Below, piece by piece: positions 37,395 to 51,856 of a stretch of DNA of 64,000 nucleotides. A program made the translations under genes and the position numbers. The notes below the pieces were generated by a model. It had not been told where the DNA came from, searched no databases, and worked only from the letters and a program-made list of their open reading frames with translations. The stretch covers positions 193,022,897 to 193,086,896 of the forward strand of contig NC_085845.1 of NCBI RefSeq assembly GCF_035594765.1, in the 5' to 3' direction. The stretch's first letter is position 1. Each line of letters starts with the position of its first letter. This DNA is from Anolis carolinensis (lineage: Eukaryota).

Positions 37395-39739
37395 TAGTGG
37401 TTTCTTAAACCTTTTGCTTGGAATCCTCTAAAAACAGATGGAAAGGGATCACAGAAAGGGAGATTTCTTAAGCCCTTGTCTTAAACCCAGGATTTTTTGA
37501 AAGAAAGAAGGGAAAGATTCACAGGAAGCAGGGTTCCTTAAGCCCTTGCTCTTAAAATTACAGAAAGGGGAGCTTCGTAAATTTCCCATTGCCACCAATG
37601 GACTGGATCAAAATGGATCTTTCAGTTGCCACAAGGGAAAACAGATTATCACCCTGCTGAATTATGGAAGCTCCCAAAAATGGATCGAGGCCATGCTGAA
37701 TTTCAGGACACCAAAAATGGATCAGGGTTTAACAGAAATGCACAACCCTAATAGGTATTGTCTACTGACATTCTTCCTGAAAGTTCTGGTCTGCTTCTTC
37801 ACTCAAAAAGACAGCCTGATTGAACCAAAGGGATGTAAACCACCCATCCAAGCACTACTGCTTTTAATAGACAACAAGGAAACATTTGTTTTCGTTTTTA
37901 TCCATATACTGATATTTGCAAAGACCAGCTTAGGAAATGTGCTCCCTCTTTTTTTCCGCTGAAAACAAATCTTGTAATGATTCAGAGAGGATAAGTGATG
38001 CACTCCCCCATTTACTGCACAAAGATAAACCATATTGGGATCTGTTTCTCTAGTCTATTCCTGACTAGTTGTTGACCATCATTGTGGAAACAGGCTCCAC
38101 TGTATGAAGAAGTACATTGCTGGATGACCCCCAAAGACTTTGTTGCTATGTGAGGATCACAAAATTCTCCCAATTCACTTTCCTTGTGCTATATGACTAC
38201 CTCCACTCCAGGCTTTTTCCATAAGCAAAAAGCATTGTGAACCTTCCTCACAAGGAGGTGTTGTAACCTTTTTATTCTGGCAGAATTTCAGCAGTTGACT
38301 GACTGTTGAAAAAGGCTTTTTGACAGATTGGTGCAGAGTGTCTCCCTCCCTTAATTCATGTTTTAACATTACTTGGATTTCAGTAGTGTTTTGATATTTA
38401 TGATCTATTTGGGAGTTTAGGGGGTGCTAGTTCACCCCTTGCTTCACCCTCTTTTACACCCTCATTATTGCAATCCTTTCCTGCTTCTCATCCTTCAAGA
38501 AGTGCAACAAAATTAGTAGAGGACTATTGGCTTGTTCTAATTTCCTGATCCACAAATTATATATAAAGACAAGAGTTTGGCTTAAAGCAGTAGATGTACA
38601 ATACTTCGATATGTCTGCAGAACTCCTCCCAACTATTTTTCTTCCTGGACTGTTACTTTGACAATAGCAATTGGACAAATCCTTTGCCATACTATAATCC
38701 ATTTATAGAGCGTGGCATGTGCAGTTCTGTCTTGAAGATATCAATGACAATAGGACTTAGGAAAGATGTTTGGGTACCAACAACAGCTGCCTAGAATCAA
38801 GTATCTCTCTTGTCAAAAACCTATTTGTATTTGTATCTAAGGAAAAACACTTTAAAAGGAGCCAAGAGTAATGGATGCATTCTGGATTGATCTTCTTCTC
38901 AAGAGATGAAATTGAAATGTCTTAAGTGCTCCTGCAATGAAAATGTTTCAAGATAGTAGTGGAGAAAGTGATGGACTTGCACTTGAGAGAACAAAGTTCA
39001 AGTCATGACTGAACCACGAACCTCATTGGGTGACCTTTGGCCTGTCACTCTTTCTCTTTCAGTCTCATAAAGCTGTTGAGAATCACATAGGGAGAAGAGC
39101 CAAGCATGTTGCCTTCAGCTCATTGGAGGAAAGGAAGGGAATAAATGTGGGAAATGTTTTATTCCTGGGAGAGGGGGGGTATAGACCATTCTCTTCCTGA
39201 CATGTTGGTATCTAGGAAATATGTTTTGTGAGAGTACAAGTTATACTCAAGTAATCTGAGAGACCTACAAAATATGCATTATAGCTGCATAAACAGTCCA
39301 GCCATTGACTTGTCCTTTTAATTTATTTTCATACCAAATTTTCATACCATATGAGTTTTCATACTAAATTTTCATAGGTTAATGGATGTATGAATGAATG
39401 TATGCAATGGTGTCACAAACCAGAAACTATAGAATGTTTGCATCCTGACATGAATGTCTGCAGTCTATAGGATTTCAGCAGCAAGCACCATTTTGTTTCA
39501 TTTTAGGGGAACTAGTCAAATTTTCTATGCAGTAGTGGGATCTCTAGGGGAGGGGGCTTAAAATTTGTATTTCTGAGGGAGATGGCTTGTTTCCTGTTTA
39601 AGGAATGAAATAAAAGGGGATTAATTACATTTTGAATTCATCACCAGTCAAGAGAGAGAAATAATAGAAAGAGAGGTTAAAACTATGTTATCAGTGGAAA
39701 TTATGAAATGAGGCTATGCTTGTAAAATTACAGTTTGAT

Positions 39740-40215
39740 GCAGAAGAAAATAATGCAAAATCCAGATAATCAAGGGGAGGAAATCACTTGGAAAAGGAGT
39801 AATGGTGAAAAAAGGTTTAGGTGTGACAGAACAAATTAGATGTGAGCTTCCTCTGAGGCACGAAAGAGAGAAAAAGGAGGTAACAAGGAGGTAATTGTCC
39901 CGCTCTTCATAGCTTCTGGTCAGATTACATGTAAAATGTTGTGTTCAATCCCAGGCACCTCAAAAGATGTCAACAAATTGGAGGGATTTCAGATGCGAGG
40001 AAGGGAAATGATGAAAGGGCTTCAGGAACTCATTAGTGGAGAAAGATTGAGAGAGCTAAATATGTATACAGAAGGGCTAAATGTGGCAGGATCACTGCCT
40101 GAGAGGATGTCAACTTGCGCAGACACCGAGGAGGGAAAAGAGGGTGGTTTCAGATACTAAAAGTGAGCGTTAAGGGGAGTTAACGGCATCAAATTAAGTC
40201 AAGGAAAATTCAGCA
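39740..40215 (+). mobile_element. Ancient CR1/L3 ORF2 C-terminal fragment
   Basis: Frames read EVIVPL...LVRLHVKCCVQSQAP and KDVNKLEGFQMRGREMMKGLQELISGERLRELNMY, matching the CR1 motif PLY.ALVRPHLEYCVQFW.P..KKD..KLE.VQRRAT.MIKGL...ERL.ELGL. Confidence 0.8.
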
Positions 40216-40469
40216 GGAGGAAGAGCGAATGTTTTGTCCTCATTTTTTGCCCAGTTCTTAGTACACTGGTCCTGAATCTATTGAATGGGAGAGTCTCTTT
40301 TGCACACCCCATAATTGTAGAAGCACTCTAAAGTGAACTGATTTGTCAGAACCGTTAATTTCTGAAAATATGTTACTTGCCACATACTGCTTTTCCAAGC
40401 CTTTTAGCAATATTCTCTGAAGTTAGGATCCTTCTCTTTCCTATTGTTTTATACTCTACCAATAATTAT

Positions 40470-41995
40470 GTAATGTCTTCTCATGATATGCCCAAAATAC
40501 AACAGTTTAAGCTAGTCTGAATCCAGGCGGGGCTGGAGGTGAGTAGCCTGGAGAAACATCTATTTCTGTTTTATTGACTATTCTAAAGCCTTCGACTGTG
40601 TGGATCATAATAAATTGTGGCAAGTTCTTGGTGGTATTGGGATACCAAGTCACCTTGTCTGTCTCCTAAGAAATCTGTATAAAGACCAAGTAGCAACAGT
40701 AAGAGCAGACCACGGAACAACAGACTGGTTCAAGATTGGGAAAGGAATACTTTCACCCTACCTATTCAACTTGTATGCAGAACACACCACGTGATGTGCA
40801 GGGCTTGACGAATCCAAGGCTGGAGTTAAAATAGCTGGAAGAAACATTAACAACCTTAGGTATGCAGATGATACCACTCTGATGGCTGAAAGTGAGGAGG
40901 AGCTGAGGAGCCTTATCACCAAGGTGAAAGAAGAAAGTGCAAAAGCTGGGTTGCAGTTAAACGTCAAGAAAACCAAGATCATGGCAACTACACCTATTGA
41001 TAAATGGCAAATAGAAGGAGAAAACGTGGAGGCAGCGACAGACTTTATATTTCTAGGACGTTTACTTCTTGGGAGGAAAGCAATGGCCAACCTTGATAAA
41101 ATAGTGAAGAGCAGAGACACCACACTGGCAAAGAAGTTCAACATAGTTAAATCAAAGGTATTCCCCATTGTAACCTATGGATGCGAGAGCTGGACCATAA
41201 AGAAGACTGAGCGATGGAAGATAGACGCTTTTGAACTTTGGTGCTGGAGGAAAATTCTGAGAGTGCCTTGGACCGCAAGAAGATCCAACCAGTCCATCCT
41301 CCAGGAAATAATGCCCGACTGCTCACTGAAGGGAAGCAGAGGCAAAGATGAAGTACTTTGGACACATCATGAGAAGACAGGAAAGCTTGGAAAATATCGT
41401 GATGCTGGGGAAAATGGAAGGAAAAGGCAAGAGAGGCCGACCAAGGGCAAGGTGGATGGATGGTATCCTTGTAGTGACTGGTTTGACCTTGAAGGAACTG
41501 GGGGCGGCAACGGCTGAAAAGGAAGCTCTGGCGTGGGTGGGTCCATGAGGTCACGAAGAGTCGGAAGTGACTCAATGAATAATAAACAACAACAAGGTAG
41601 TCAGCTTGGCTTCTAGGGGAAATTTAGGCATGATTTAAAAAAAAATCTCCAGTATTTAGCACCGTATTTCAATAATTTGATCAGCTTTTTTTTACTGTCC
41701 AACTTTCACAAGCACTCATAGGCATTTGATATACAATGAAACAAATCATCCCAACTCTAGGGTATATCATTTCCTAAATACATATACCAATACAGTATAT
41801 CATTTCACTTCAGGATCTTGACTAGTTTCTTCATAGCCACCCTTGTAAATCCTACTCTTGTTCTGATTTCTTTACTGCAGTCTCCGTTCTTATTAATGAC
41901 TGAGACAATGTATAGAAAACTTTGAACTATTTCAGTGTCTTCATTGTCTACTTTCAAGGTATAAAAATTATCTATGGTCATTTTTTTCTTGTAAA
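40470..41995 (-). mobile_element. Older RTE-clade LINE fragment, split by Bov-B insertion
   Basis: Minus strand ~41985-41805 reads KMTIDNFYTLKVDNEDTEIVQSFLYIVSVINKNGDCSKEIRTRVGFTRVAMKKLVKILK*; it resumes left of Bov-B as ...YFGHIMRR (tcttctcatgatatgcccaaaata, 40476-40499). Confidence 0.75.
40555..41595 (+). mobile_element. Bov-B (RTE) LINE, 5'-truncated, non-functional RT fragment
   Basis: FIDYSKAFDCVDHNKLW, ILSPYLFNLYAEH, NINNLRYADDTTLMAESEEEL, YGCESWTIKK, KYFGHIMRR; has a stop, a frameshift and internal deletions; tail gaggtcacgaagagtcgg...(aac)n. Confidence 0.96.
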
Positions 41996-44900
41996 AGTCT
42001 TTATTTTATGAGCATCACTTTGCTTGCATCGGAGATTAATGCAATACTCCTGTGGTTATTGCAATTCCTGGTTTCCTCTTTCTTGTGGATTGGAATGTAT
42101 ATTGAGCCTTTCGAGGCTTGCGGTTTTCTACCGACAATTGCTTTTAAGTGATTTGCAAATAGCTTGAAACTAAAATTACCTGAAACAGACCAGGAGGGTT
42201 ACCATTGTTTTGTGATTGCTGTTGTTGTTGCTGCTGCTGTTCAAATGGCTATATCTGTCGGAGTATTCATGAACATTAGGGAGGTAAATTTCAATTTATT
42301 TTATTTTCAAATACAAAAATAAATGCTTGAAAAAAACCTCTTTTGGGTGAGTTGACCCAAAAAAGGTATGTTTTGATGATCATTTACACATTAGAACATC
42401 ATTGTGAAAAAAATGATTGCATCAATAACTTGGGTTTTGCACAGGCAACTGGAATTTATGCAATATATGCTGTTTTCTATGTAAAAAAATATTCTATGCA
42501 ACCCCATCATAAGAGGGTTTTTGTTTTTTGTAAAACTGCAAGTATGGGGCATGTTTCTTTCTCAGGAAAAAAAGAAAAATTAAAATCTCAGTCTGTTTTT
42601 TTGATGGGGTGTCTCAAAAACATCTTTTTTCATTGAAGATGAGAAAAATCTGTGAATATTATTTCAATCCCTACTGTGGTTACATTAAAAAAAAACAATG
42701 AATAGGAGAAACTATCAAAGATTTCCCAGCATAAGTTTTCACCAAAGGGGCAGAATGAAGAACCATCCAAGCATTGATCTAGAGCCAGGAATTTGTTATT
42801 CCAGTTGTGCGAAAAAATTTTTTCCTAGATTAATAGTTTTTCAAAGAAATATCTAGGATAGCAAATAATCTTCCTTGTTTGCTCTTTTTAAGTACTCAAA
42901 GCACCCATAAAAAACTGATGACACTTAACTCTGAACACATCTAATCTCATGTGATTTTGAAAGCAAAGCACAGTTTCGCTTGATTCGCACTTAGAGAAGA
43001 GGCCATTCCAGAATACCTGGGATCTCCATCCAAGAAAAGACCAGCTGCATATCAAACCTTACAGTATCAGAACAGCCAATTAACTGTTGTGTGTAAGACA
43101 GCCTCTTGTGTCATGAAACCCATATATTCCTGAAAAACTTTTTCCAGAAAATTGTATGCTGCTTTTGTGCAGAACAGCAATTTTGTACAAAAATATGATT
43201 TTCATACCAAAAAAAAATCCCAATGTATTTCTATGCATAATCATTTATTTCCCATATGATTTTGAATATTTGAATAACTCTTTCCCTGTGCAGCTATCTC
43301 TGTGCATCTTGTAGGAGTTAGAATATCCACCACATATAAAAATGCCCAATTGTGTATACTTGATTGTATATGAATTAGCTCAAATATATTTAACACTAGA
43401 TGGAACAATTCATGTCTGAAAAACAAGATGGACTATTAAACTCAATCACATTAGACATTATTCTAACTGGAAACCCAGTTATATATACACATTTATATCC
43501 CACACCCCTATCAAGACCTCCAGGATTACATCTGCAAATCTGCCTATCCATATATTATTGTCCTCAGATGGACAGTTGTGTTCATAGCTTTCTGTCCTGT
43601 AATTACCCCGATATAGGCAGCTGGATCAGCTCAGGTCAATTCAGGGCTCAGTTTGTTTGTGAGAGGGTGATGGGAAGGCAGCAAAGAAGAGGAAAGCTCG
43701 TAGTAATGTTATTCTGGTTCTTGGGCTATAATTTGTGGTCTAAAACATGTTTGCTGGTGGTCTTTAAAGAGGAAGTAGCAACCTTTTTATTTGCTTTACT
43801 ACTTTGCATCTGAAGATACAGTGCAGATGATGTGGGGTTATATTGAGTTTGACATCACATAATTTGACATCACACTGTTTGACATTTCATATTACATAAT
43901 GCCTCATACAAATATGTGCAAAGAAATGTAGCAGAGCAGAATTTATATTCCATGGTGTGTTTTACTATTGTTTGACAATTTAGACTTTGGAAGTTAATAT
44001 TACTTTGATTGAGTGGGAATTTCCAGTTGTTTCTCACTACTGGTGATGTTCAGGAGGGAGATGGTATATGTGGTTCAGCTACATTTAGAGGGTTCTCAAT
44101 TGCTCATCCCAATATATGTATTTGCAATTTTTCCTCTGTTTTGTCCTGCTCACACTGGTATGGTTGTTTGTTTTAAATCCTATGTAAACTACACAAAATC
44201 ATTTAATCTGTAAATTTAATCAGAGAGTAGTGATATGAGGGAAGCATATACCCTTGATAGTGATGGCTCTATCCTAACACCTAAGCTTCTCTGAAGAACT
44301 CCCATCTGTCTCCAGTCTATATTCAAGCGACACAAATCATACACAGCATGAATAATATCCAAGTGTTATATGCTCTAATATTATTTTTTCCAAAATAAAC
44401 AATTACTCTGGTTGACATAAACTGGGAGGTGTGATGTGATCACAAACAGAAAAGGAAATGTCTATGAGACAATCTGTCTATTAAGGACTTCACTGCTTAC
44501 CATGGAAATGAAAACACTGAAGGCATCACCCATACTCAAGGTTTTGACTTTGAGCCAAATGTCCTGTTGATAGATTATTTTAAAAAAATGTAAGAAGCCC
44601 ATTAAGACTTAAATAGTGTCACTAAATTACTTGTTGCCATGCTGAGAATCTTTACTGAAATATAAGCTTATCCTCAAGTTTGTGCTGGACCATGGATGAG
44701 GAACCATCTTAGAACCACTTTGGTCTTACGAGCTTGCTTACTTCTGTCTCTCTCCAAAACTTCTGTTAGGTTCCTACAATGACAGTAATCATCTGCTATT
44801 TGTTGTGGTTTCTGTTAAACCTACCCCCCCCCCCCCTCCCCCGGTATAAATGCTAGCAATTAACTTTTAATGTCTGCCAACCTGCAGAAATGGTCTCCTG

Positions 44901-45441
44901 ATAGGCTCTTTCAGGCTTCACATTTCATCCAGATGAAGGTTCCATTTATGATAATAAGGCAGGTATTCAGGTACCTCAAAAGAGGGAAGAAAATAAAAAC
45001 TGGAGAGGTTCCCAAGCACTTGGAATTTAAGAACAGAAACGTTCTGGGCCACTTCTGGCTGGACACCATTTTCTAGAGAAATCAAGGACTTTTGACCATA
45101 CCTTTGTTCTCACTCTGGTATGACCCATACTTATTTAGCAGTACAAGATTATTTTTGTAACCTTCCCTTTCTTTGACTTTCATCATTATCTTCCTTATTC
45201 TCTACTTATTTAACCATCAGAAACTTAGTGCTCAGCAAAGCCACTCCCTTGAAATCCTATGTGGAGTATCTGAGGAAGAAGAAGATCAATGGAGATGGGG
45301 AAGAGACAGCAAGTTATGAGCAAAAAATGAAGGATTTGGTTGAAATGCAAATCATGGGAAATATACCATTTTTTTGCTCTGATAGTTGTCTGTCAAGATA
45401 GTTAACAAGCATAACCAAGCAATTGGGGAAAGTAGTGTCTA

Positions 45442-45696
45442 TCGTGTTTCCCCGAAAATAAGACATCCCTTGAAAATAAGCCTAGTAGAGGTTTTGGTGA
45501 ATTGCCAAATATAAGACATCTCCTGAAAGTAAGACCTAGGAGGAGGGAACCACCGCTGCATGCGGCACGAAGGAGAAGGAGGAAAAGGCGTGCAAAATAA
45601 GGGAGCAAAATAAGACATCCCCTGAAAATAAGACCTAACACATCTTTGGGAGCAAAAATTAATATAAGACACTGTCTTATTTTTGGGGAAACATGG
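45442..45696. mobile_element. Tc1/mariner MITE (36804 family, different interior)
   Basis: TA|tcgtgtttcccgaaaataagaca ... tgtcttatttttggggaaacatgg|TA. Confidence 0.88.
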
Positions 45697-48600
45697 TAGG
45701 TGTTGTTGTTGGAGGAATTTGTATATCATGGTAAGATGTTGAATTGGCATGTTTTTCCATAACATGGAATGTTCTCAAGTCTTTTAGATGGGACCTGTGT
45801 GCCTTGCCTCTCCTGGTTCAATTTGGCTTTTGTCAGTTGACTGATTCTTTCTTTCATCATAGCTTTGGCAGAATGAATAGCCGTCTCTTGAAATGCTGCC
45901 AGTATAGTCTGAATGGGAAAATATGTGGATGGTCCATCAGGTCAGATGACAGGGAAAAGGTTACTTACAAGCCTGGAACAGTTAAGACATCAGATTTTCA
46001 TCTGGGATGATGAAAGTGTGGTATCAGTAGCATGTTCACAAGAGTTCATAAGAGGAACCCATTTTATACTTGATTTTCACCAGAAGGAAAGTGAAATATA
46101 GATCAGCAGTGAGCTGAAAGATGCTGGGGAACTTCATGGGTGGATGACTTCTTGGAGATAAATAGGATGTTCTTTTGCCATTAAAAATAGCATAAAAAGA
46201 TTTATTTGAAAGGACTGAATATTTTATCCATTGTTCCCATCTGTCTGAATTTACTTCTTGGCTTAGGGAAGGTAGTTGAGGGATGACTGTCAAAGTGAGT
46301 CAGTGTACGATATGAAGTTCTAGCTAAAATAAAGAAAAAAATACTATAGAAATCTTTCTGAGTAATATCCAACATGTTCCTAAGGAATGGTATTTTAGTA
46401 TTGCTTCCTGGAAGAAAGAAGGATAAATAAGCTTACAAAGACAAATATGGAAAAAGTAGATAGGGAATAAAGACTTTATGCCGGGCAGGGTAGGATGGGA
46501 ACACGAGATAATGTTGGAAAGGGAAAGGAAGGGTGTGGGGGGGGGGGGGAGAGAGAAAATGCCCAGGATGAGGATAAAGTCTATTGTCCAGTGACATGAC
46601 TTTACCTGTCAATCACAAAGGTGACAAGGGGGCTAGATTAAGCAAAGCTTCATCAAGATTAACAAAGGAAGATTATTGACCTCATCGTGAAAGGGCAGAA
46701 GCCTGTTTTATCATTAAACCTTGGAAGAAGGATGTTCTGTCTTGATGGGAAACCCTTTTGGAAATTAGAAGTGCAACTTTGTCTGTGATTATCTGGATGG
46801 ACTCAGAACACGCAGCTCTTGGGCCCATCACTTTTATTCTCAATTATGGGGGGGGGCAGAAGATGGGAGGAGGAAAGCAAAGGTTCTGAGTGAATTCTCT
46901 GCTGTGCTTTGAAGAGAGGAAGTGAGAAACTGTGGCAGGTACTAGGGTAAGTACAATACCAGTTTGGAAGAGAGTTTGAAGGAGGGCTTGTAGTCTTATT
47001 GTCTTTTAAAAATAAGTTGTTACTCCTTTGAGTTAAATGCTGCCGGAGCATATCGGATTTGCACGAGATTTACCAGGCAAAATCTCTGTGCATGGAAACA
47101 GCCACTAACCTCATAAAACTATTAGAAGGATTAACATAGTCAAAGGCTGAAATGTAATCAAACTTGAACAGGTGAATGGATTCCTAGTAGAGAGCAATAT
47201 TCCAGAAAGCAGGTGATGGGGAGCAGGTAGGAAGACAGCACTGGGTTATTTGACACTGGGATAATAACTGTTCTCTCCTAGGATTCATCAGTGTGTTGAA
47301 CGTCTAATTTTTTCATTGATTCTCCCACAGAACAATCATTTGGGGACACTTTAAAGTCTGGTATGCTTTTCTTTTACTATTGCATCTCTATTAAGTTTCT
47401 ATTCCCCTGCAAGTACAGATCACAACCCCATTTGTCAACGGAGTAAGTTAATTACTCAAATTATTAATCTGGAATAACTCCCTACCTCCACCCCATTTTT
47501 CACATATGGCTACAAATCATGATTATAACTCCTTTATACTTTAATGCTGGGGACTAGAGATAATAAGTGAGGCAGTTCGTGTGCTTCTGATTTAATTACC
47601 TGCTTACAAATCCAAATGTTGCCTAAGTTTTATATTCCTGGGAACACCAGATTTGTTAAATAATTCTGATATGTGCTTCCAGGCAGGGAGGCAAAATTCT
47701 GATCTCCCGACTTCCCCAGGTCTGCCTAAACTTTTACGGTTTTCTGTCTCTGATGTCAAGCGCTTATTTAAGAGATGTGAACTGAAGTGAATTGTTTTTG
47801 ATCTGATGCAAACATATTCTGTTGTTTGGTCCTCATACAGTCTTTGGGCGTTAAAATGAGCTTACCAAGATCCAAATGAGATTTTTAGAAGGATTTATGT
47901 GATATAGCTGTTTTCATGTCCCGTATTACTTATCTGAATGCTTCCTTAGTTCAAAATCACCTCACCAGTAGAAAAGGGGGGGGGGGGGAAACGGAATCAA
48001 ACATATAATTCCATTATATGCATTGTGTTGCGGTTCAACAAGTACTACGGCTTATATGTTCAATAAAGGATATGCCATTTGCTTTTTTATTTGAATGTGT
48101 AGGACAATTTGCTGTAACTCTGTAAGTTGATATCTTCACATTGCAATACATTGGAGCAATGAATTAGTGATAGTAGCACTGATATAAACTATTCCGTGGT
48201 GATCAAAAGAGTATTATTTATGTATAAAAACTCAACACTGAATGTGTAGGCTGGAAAATGTTGTTATTGTAGCATGTCTTCAAGTCATGGGATCTTCTTG
48301 CCAAGATGTATTCATTACCTTACTCTAAGGCTGAGAGAATGTGATTTGCCCATATTAACCCAATGAGTTTCTGTAGAAGAGTAGGGATGTTAATCCAGGT
48401 CTCCTGAATTCTTTGCACGCATCAAGACTCTAGAATGAATGTGACCTGAGATCACTTTAACTGCCATGGGTCATTGTTATGGCATCATGGGAGCTGAGGC
48501 ACCAGCACTCTTTGGCAGAGAAGGCTAAAGACTTTGTTAAACTACAAGTTGTAGAATGACATAGTGGTGGGACATTGCAGTTAAAGCGGTTTAGATGCAC

Positions 48601-48757
48601 TTGTAGTCAAACACTCAAAACAGACTGGCTCATGCATTACCTGGAAGCAAAGAAATGTTGGCTCCTAGGTAAACCTGTAACTTTACCAATCTTGGTTGCC
48701 TCTTCTGACACGATACAAAAAAAAATATCATGTCAGAACCTCAAATAAATTCTAGTA

Positions 48758-49080
48758 CAGTAGAGTCTCACTTATCCAACACTCGCTTATCCAACGTTCT
48801 GGATTATCCAATGCATTTTTGTAGTCAATGTTTTCAATACATCGTGATATTTTGGTGTTAAATTCGTAAATACAGTAATTACTACATAGCATTACTGTGT
48901 ATTGAACTACTTTTTCTGTCAAATTTGTTGTATAACATAATGTTTTGGTGCTTCATTTGTAAAATCATAACCTAATTTGATGTTTAATAGGCTTTTCCTT
49001 AACCTCTCCTTATTATCCAACATATTCACTTATCCAATGTTCTGCTGGCCCATTTATGTTGGATAAGCGAGACTCTACTG
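48758..49080 (-). mobile_element. Tc1/mariner MITE, subfamily B
   Basis: TA|cagtagagtctcacttatccaa ... ttggataagcgagactctactg|TA. Confidence 0.94.
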
Positions 49081-49862
49081 TATATAGACACTGTTAAATC
49101 TTAATCTCATTTATTTGTTAAAATCTTGAAGAAGAGTAATTTGTGGATTAGGAACTGTGGCTAAAAATATGACTTCTCTTGCCAAAGGTTGCCCGTTGCA
49201 TTCATAACAGAGTATTTTGGGCCCAGGATTCTCTTGGCCAATTCATAATTTTGTCAGATTTCCTCCTTCACATGTTTAAACATTCTGACCTAGAAATAGA
49301 AGGATTTCAACTTTTGAAATTTATTTTCTGTTCAGAAAGTGTTCTTTATGTTTGCTGGTCTGTCCCACCAAATATGCAAATTTCAATCAGAGTGCTATTT
49401 TATTTGGCCTTATTAATATCTACGAGCAAACAGAATGACCCTTAGATCTATCTCTAAATGCTTTTAGAACCTTCCGAGCGAGTGCTTCTCTTGATATCAT
49501 GTGCTAAATGCTAGGTGCACTGACATCACAAAGGGGCATGGTGCAAACTGCACTGTGTGACACCAAAATGAATGTCTACAATTTTTGTGTAGCAATTCAG
49601 TAGAAACGTACTATTTTAAAATAAAAAAATATTCCTATATATCGCTATAACAACAAATATGTTTTTATAAGTCTCGTTTATATGTACTGTAATTTTAGAC
49701 TTACAAGGCTAAACATCTATGCTTATTTACTTTTTGAACCTTTTAATGCACATGTGATCTGGTTAGGGCTGCCACTATTACCTTCTTTCAAATCACTTTT
49801 TTCCCTACAATGCATGGTTTTCATTGCTGCTAGCTTTTTATAGTCATGTTTTGGTATTTTTT

Positions 49863-50068
49863 GGAGCCCCCGATGGTGCAGTGGGTTAAACCACTGAGTT
49901 ACTGAACTTGCTGACTGAAAGGTCGGCGGCTTAAGTCCAGGGAGCAGAGTGAGCTTCTGCTGTTAGCCCCAGCTTCTGCCAACCTAGTAGTTCAAAAACA
50001 TGCAAATGTGAGTAGATCAATAGGTGCCACTCTGGCGGGAAAGTAACAGCACTCCATGTAGTCATGCC
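49863..50068 (+). mobile_element. Sauria SINE 5' two-thirds, 3' end lost
   Basis: ggagcccccgatggtgcagtggg...catgtagtcatgcc. Confidence 0.9.
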
Positions 50069-51433
50069 ACTCAGGAGGAGGTCCATAGGGTTACAGCATG
50101 ACCTGACAAATTGGGTGACTCCCTAGTGATGCCACTTCTAATTACAGGTTGAATAAGAGTGGAGACACAAAGACTAAACGTTGGCAGGTCTGTTTCATAA
50201 TACTACTGTGGCAGTGGGTAGCTTCATTCCATACAAGAGTCGCTGAGAACCTTATTTCTGACATGGCTTTGGAGCTGGGAGCAGTTGTAAAACAGGAGAA
50301 TAGATCTTCACCCTCATAAAAAAAAATCCACCAGCCACTTTTGCTATGTTTAGAAGAAAGCAACCATAGTTTGCACATCAACCAGAGAAAAAGGATGGAC
50401 CTAAAAACGGATGCTGATGTGTGAGCCTATAGAGAAGGGTGGAAGTAGAATGCAATTTAAATACTTAAACATATTATGGCATAGCTTTTTGTAGGCAAGA
50501 GCCTACATCTTGAGATCTATCTAAAGACTTTCAACACAATTATAGCCCGGCATCAGAATAAACATTTTAAGAGACATAAACAACACGAAACTAAAAAGAA
50601 AATCCCTAAAGAAGGAGGAAGGAGAATCAAATAAAGGCCAAAAGGTAAAGGAGGGGGAGAGAGAGTGTTGTTTGAAATATATCAGAAAGTGTGAAGAAGG
50701 CTGGTTTCATCAGGACAGAACAGAATGTGGCTATTAAGAGTCAAATCCATTAAAATAGGTGAGAATATTCTTGGTGACTTTAATGAGAGCCAGATCTCAC
50801 CTTTGCTGGAGAAAGATGTGTGCTTATGTCATTGGACTTTCCATTTACAAGCATCATTAGAATCACTGTTGTTCTACAAGCTTTGTCTTTAAAAGAATCT
50901 TTTGAAAAGAAAGAAAGAAAATAAAAAGGGAGATGGAAGTGGGGTGGGGAGAGAGAATAAATTAGAAAGAATCATCTGATCAAATCCATGGAAAAAAGAT
51001 AGTTATTCAAACTGTGTGTTGTGATGGGGAAAGGATGAGGCCATTGTGGTATAGGGTGTATGGTTATTGCTTCATTTTCAAGGGTATCTAACCATACTGA
51101 TATTAGGCACTTAGAAAAAAAAAAAAGGAAACAGAAAATTAATGATGCTTAGTCAAAGCAAAGAAGAAAGGTTTTTTAAAAAGTCCCCAAAGGTTGAACA
51201 TAAAAAGCTGTAAAGGAGTAAACAATTAAAGGTAATCCATACAGTCGTTATTGGAAAACCTGTGAACATTAACTGCTCTCATTTGGAGGAAAAATATATA
51301 TAATGTTTCTCTCCAGAGCGCTAATCTTTTCTCACTTCAGCCTGTAATCTTAGTTTATCCTTGATGGAAAGGCTTTGTTCTCTGTGTTTTTGAAGCTATA
51401 CTTCTTTCTTTTCTTCTTCTTCCTCACCATTAA

Positions 51434-51856
<423 letters not shown>

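Noticed and set aside
40882-41517. 211-aa RT-like ORF as an active or domesticated gene
   Set aside because: Truncated Bov-B with an upstream stop, internal deletions and a frameshift; no endonuclease domain.
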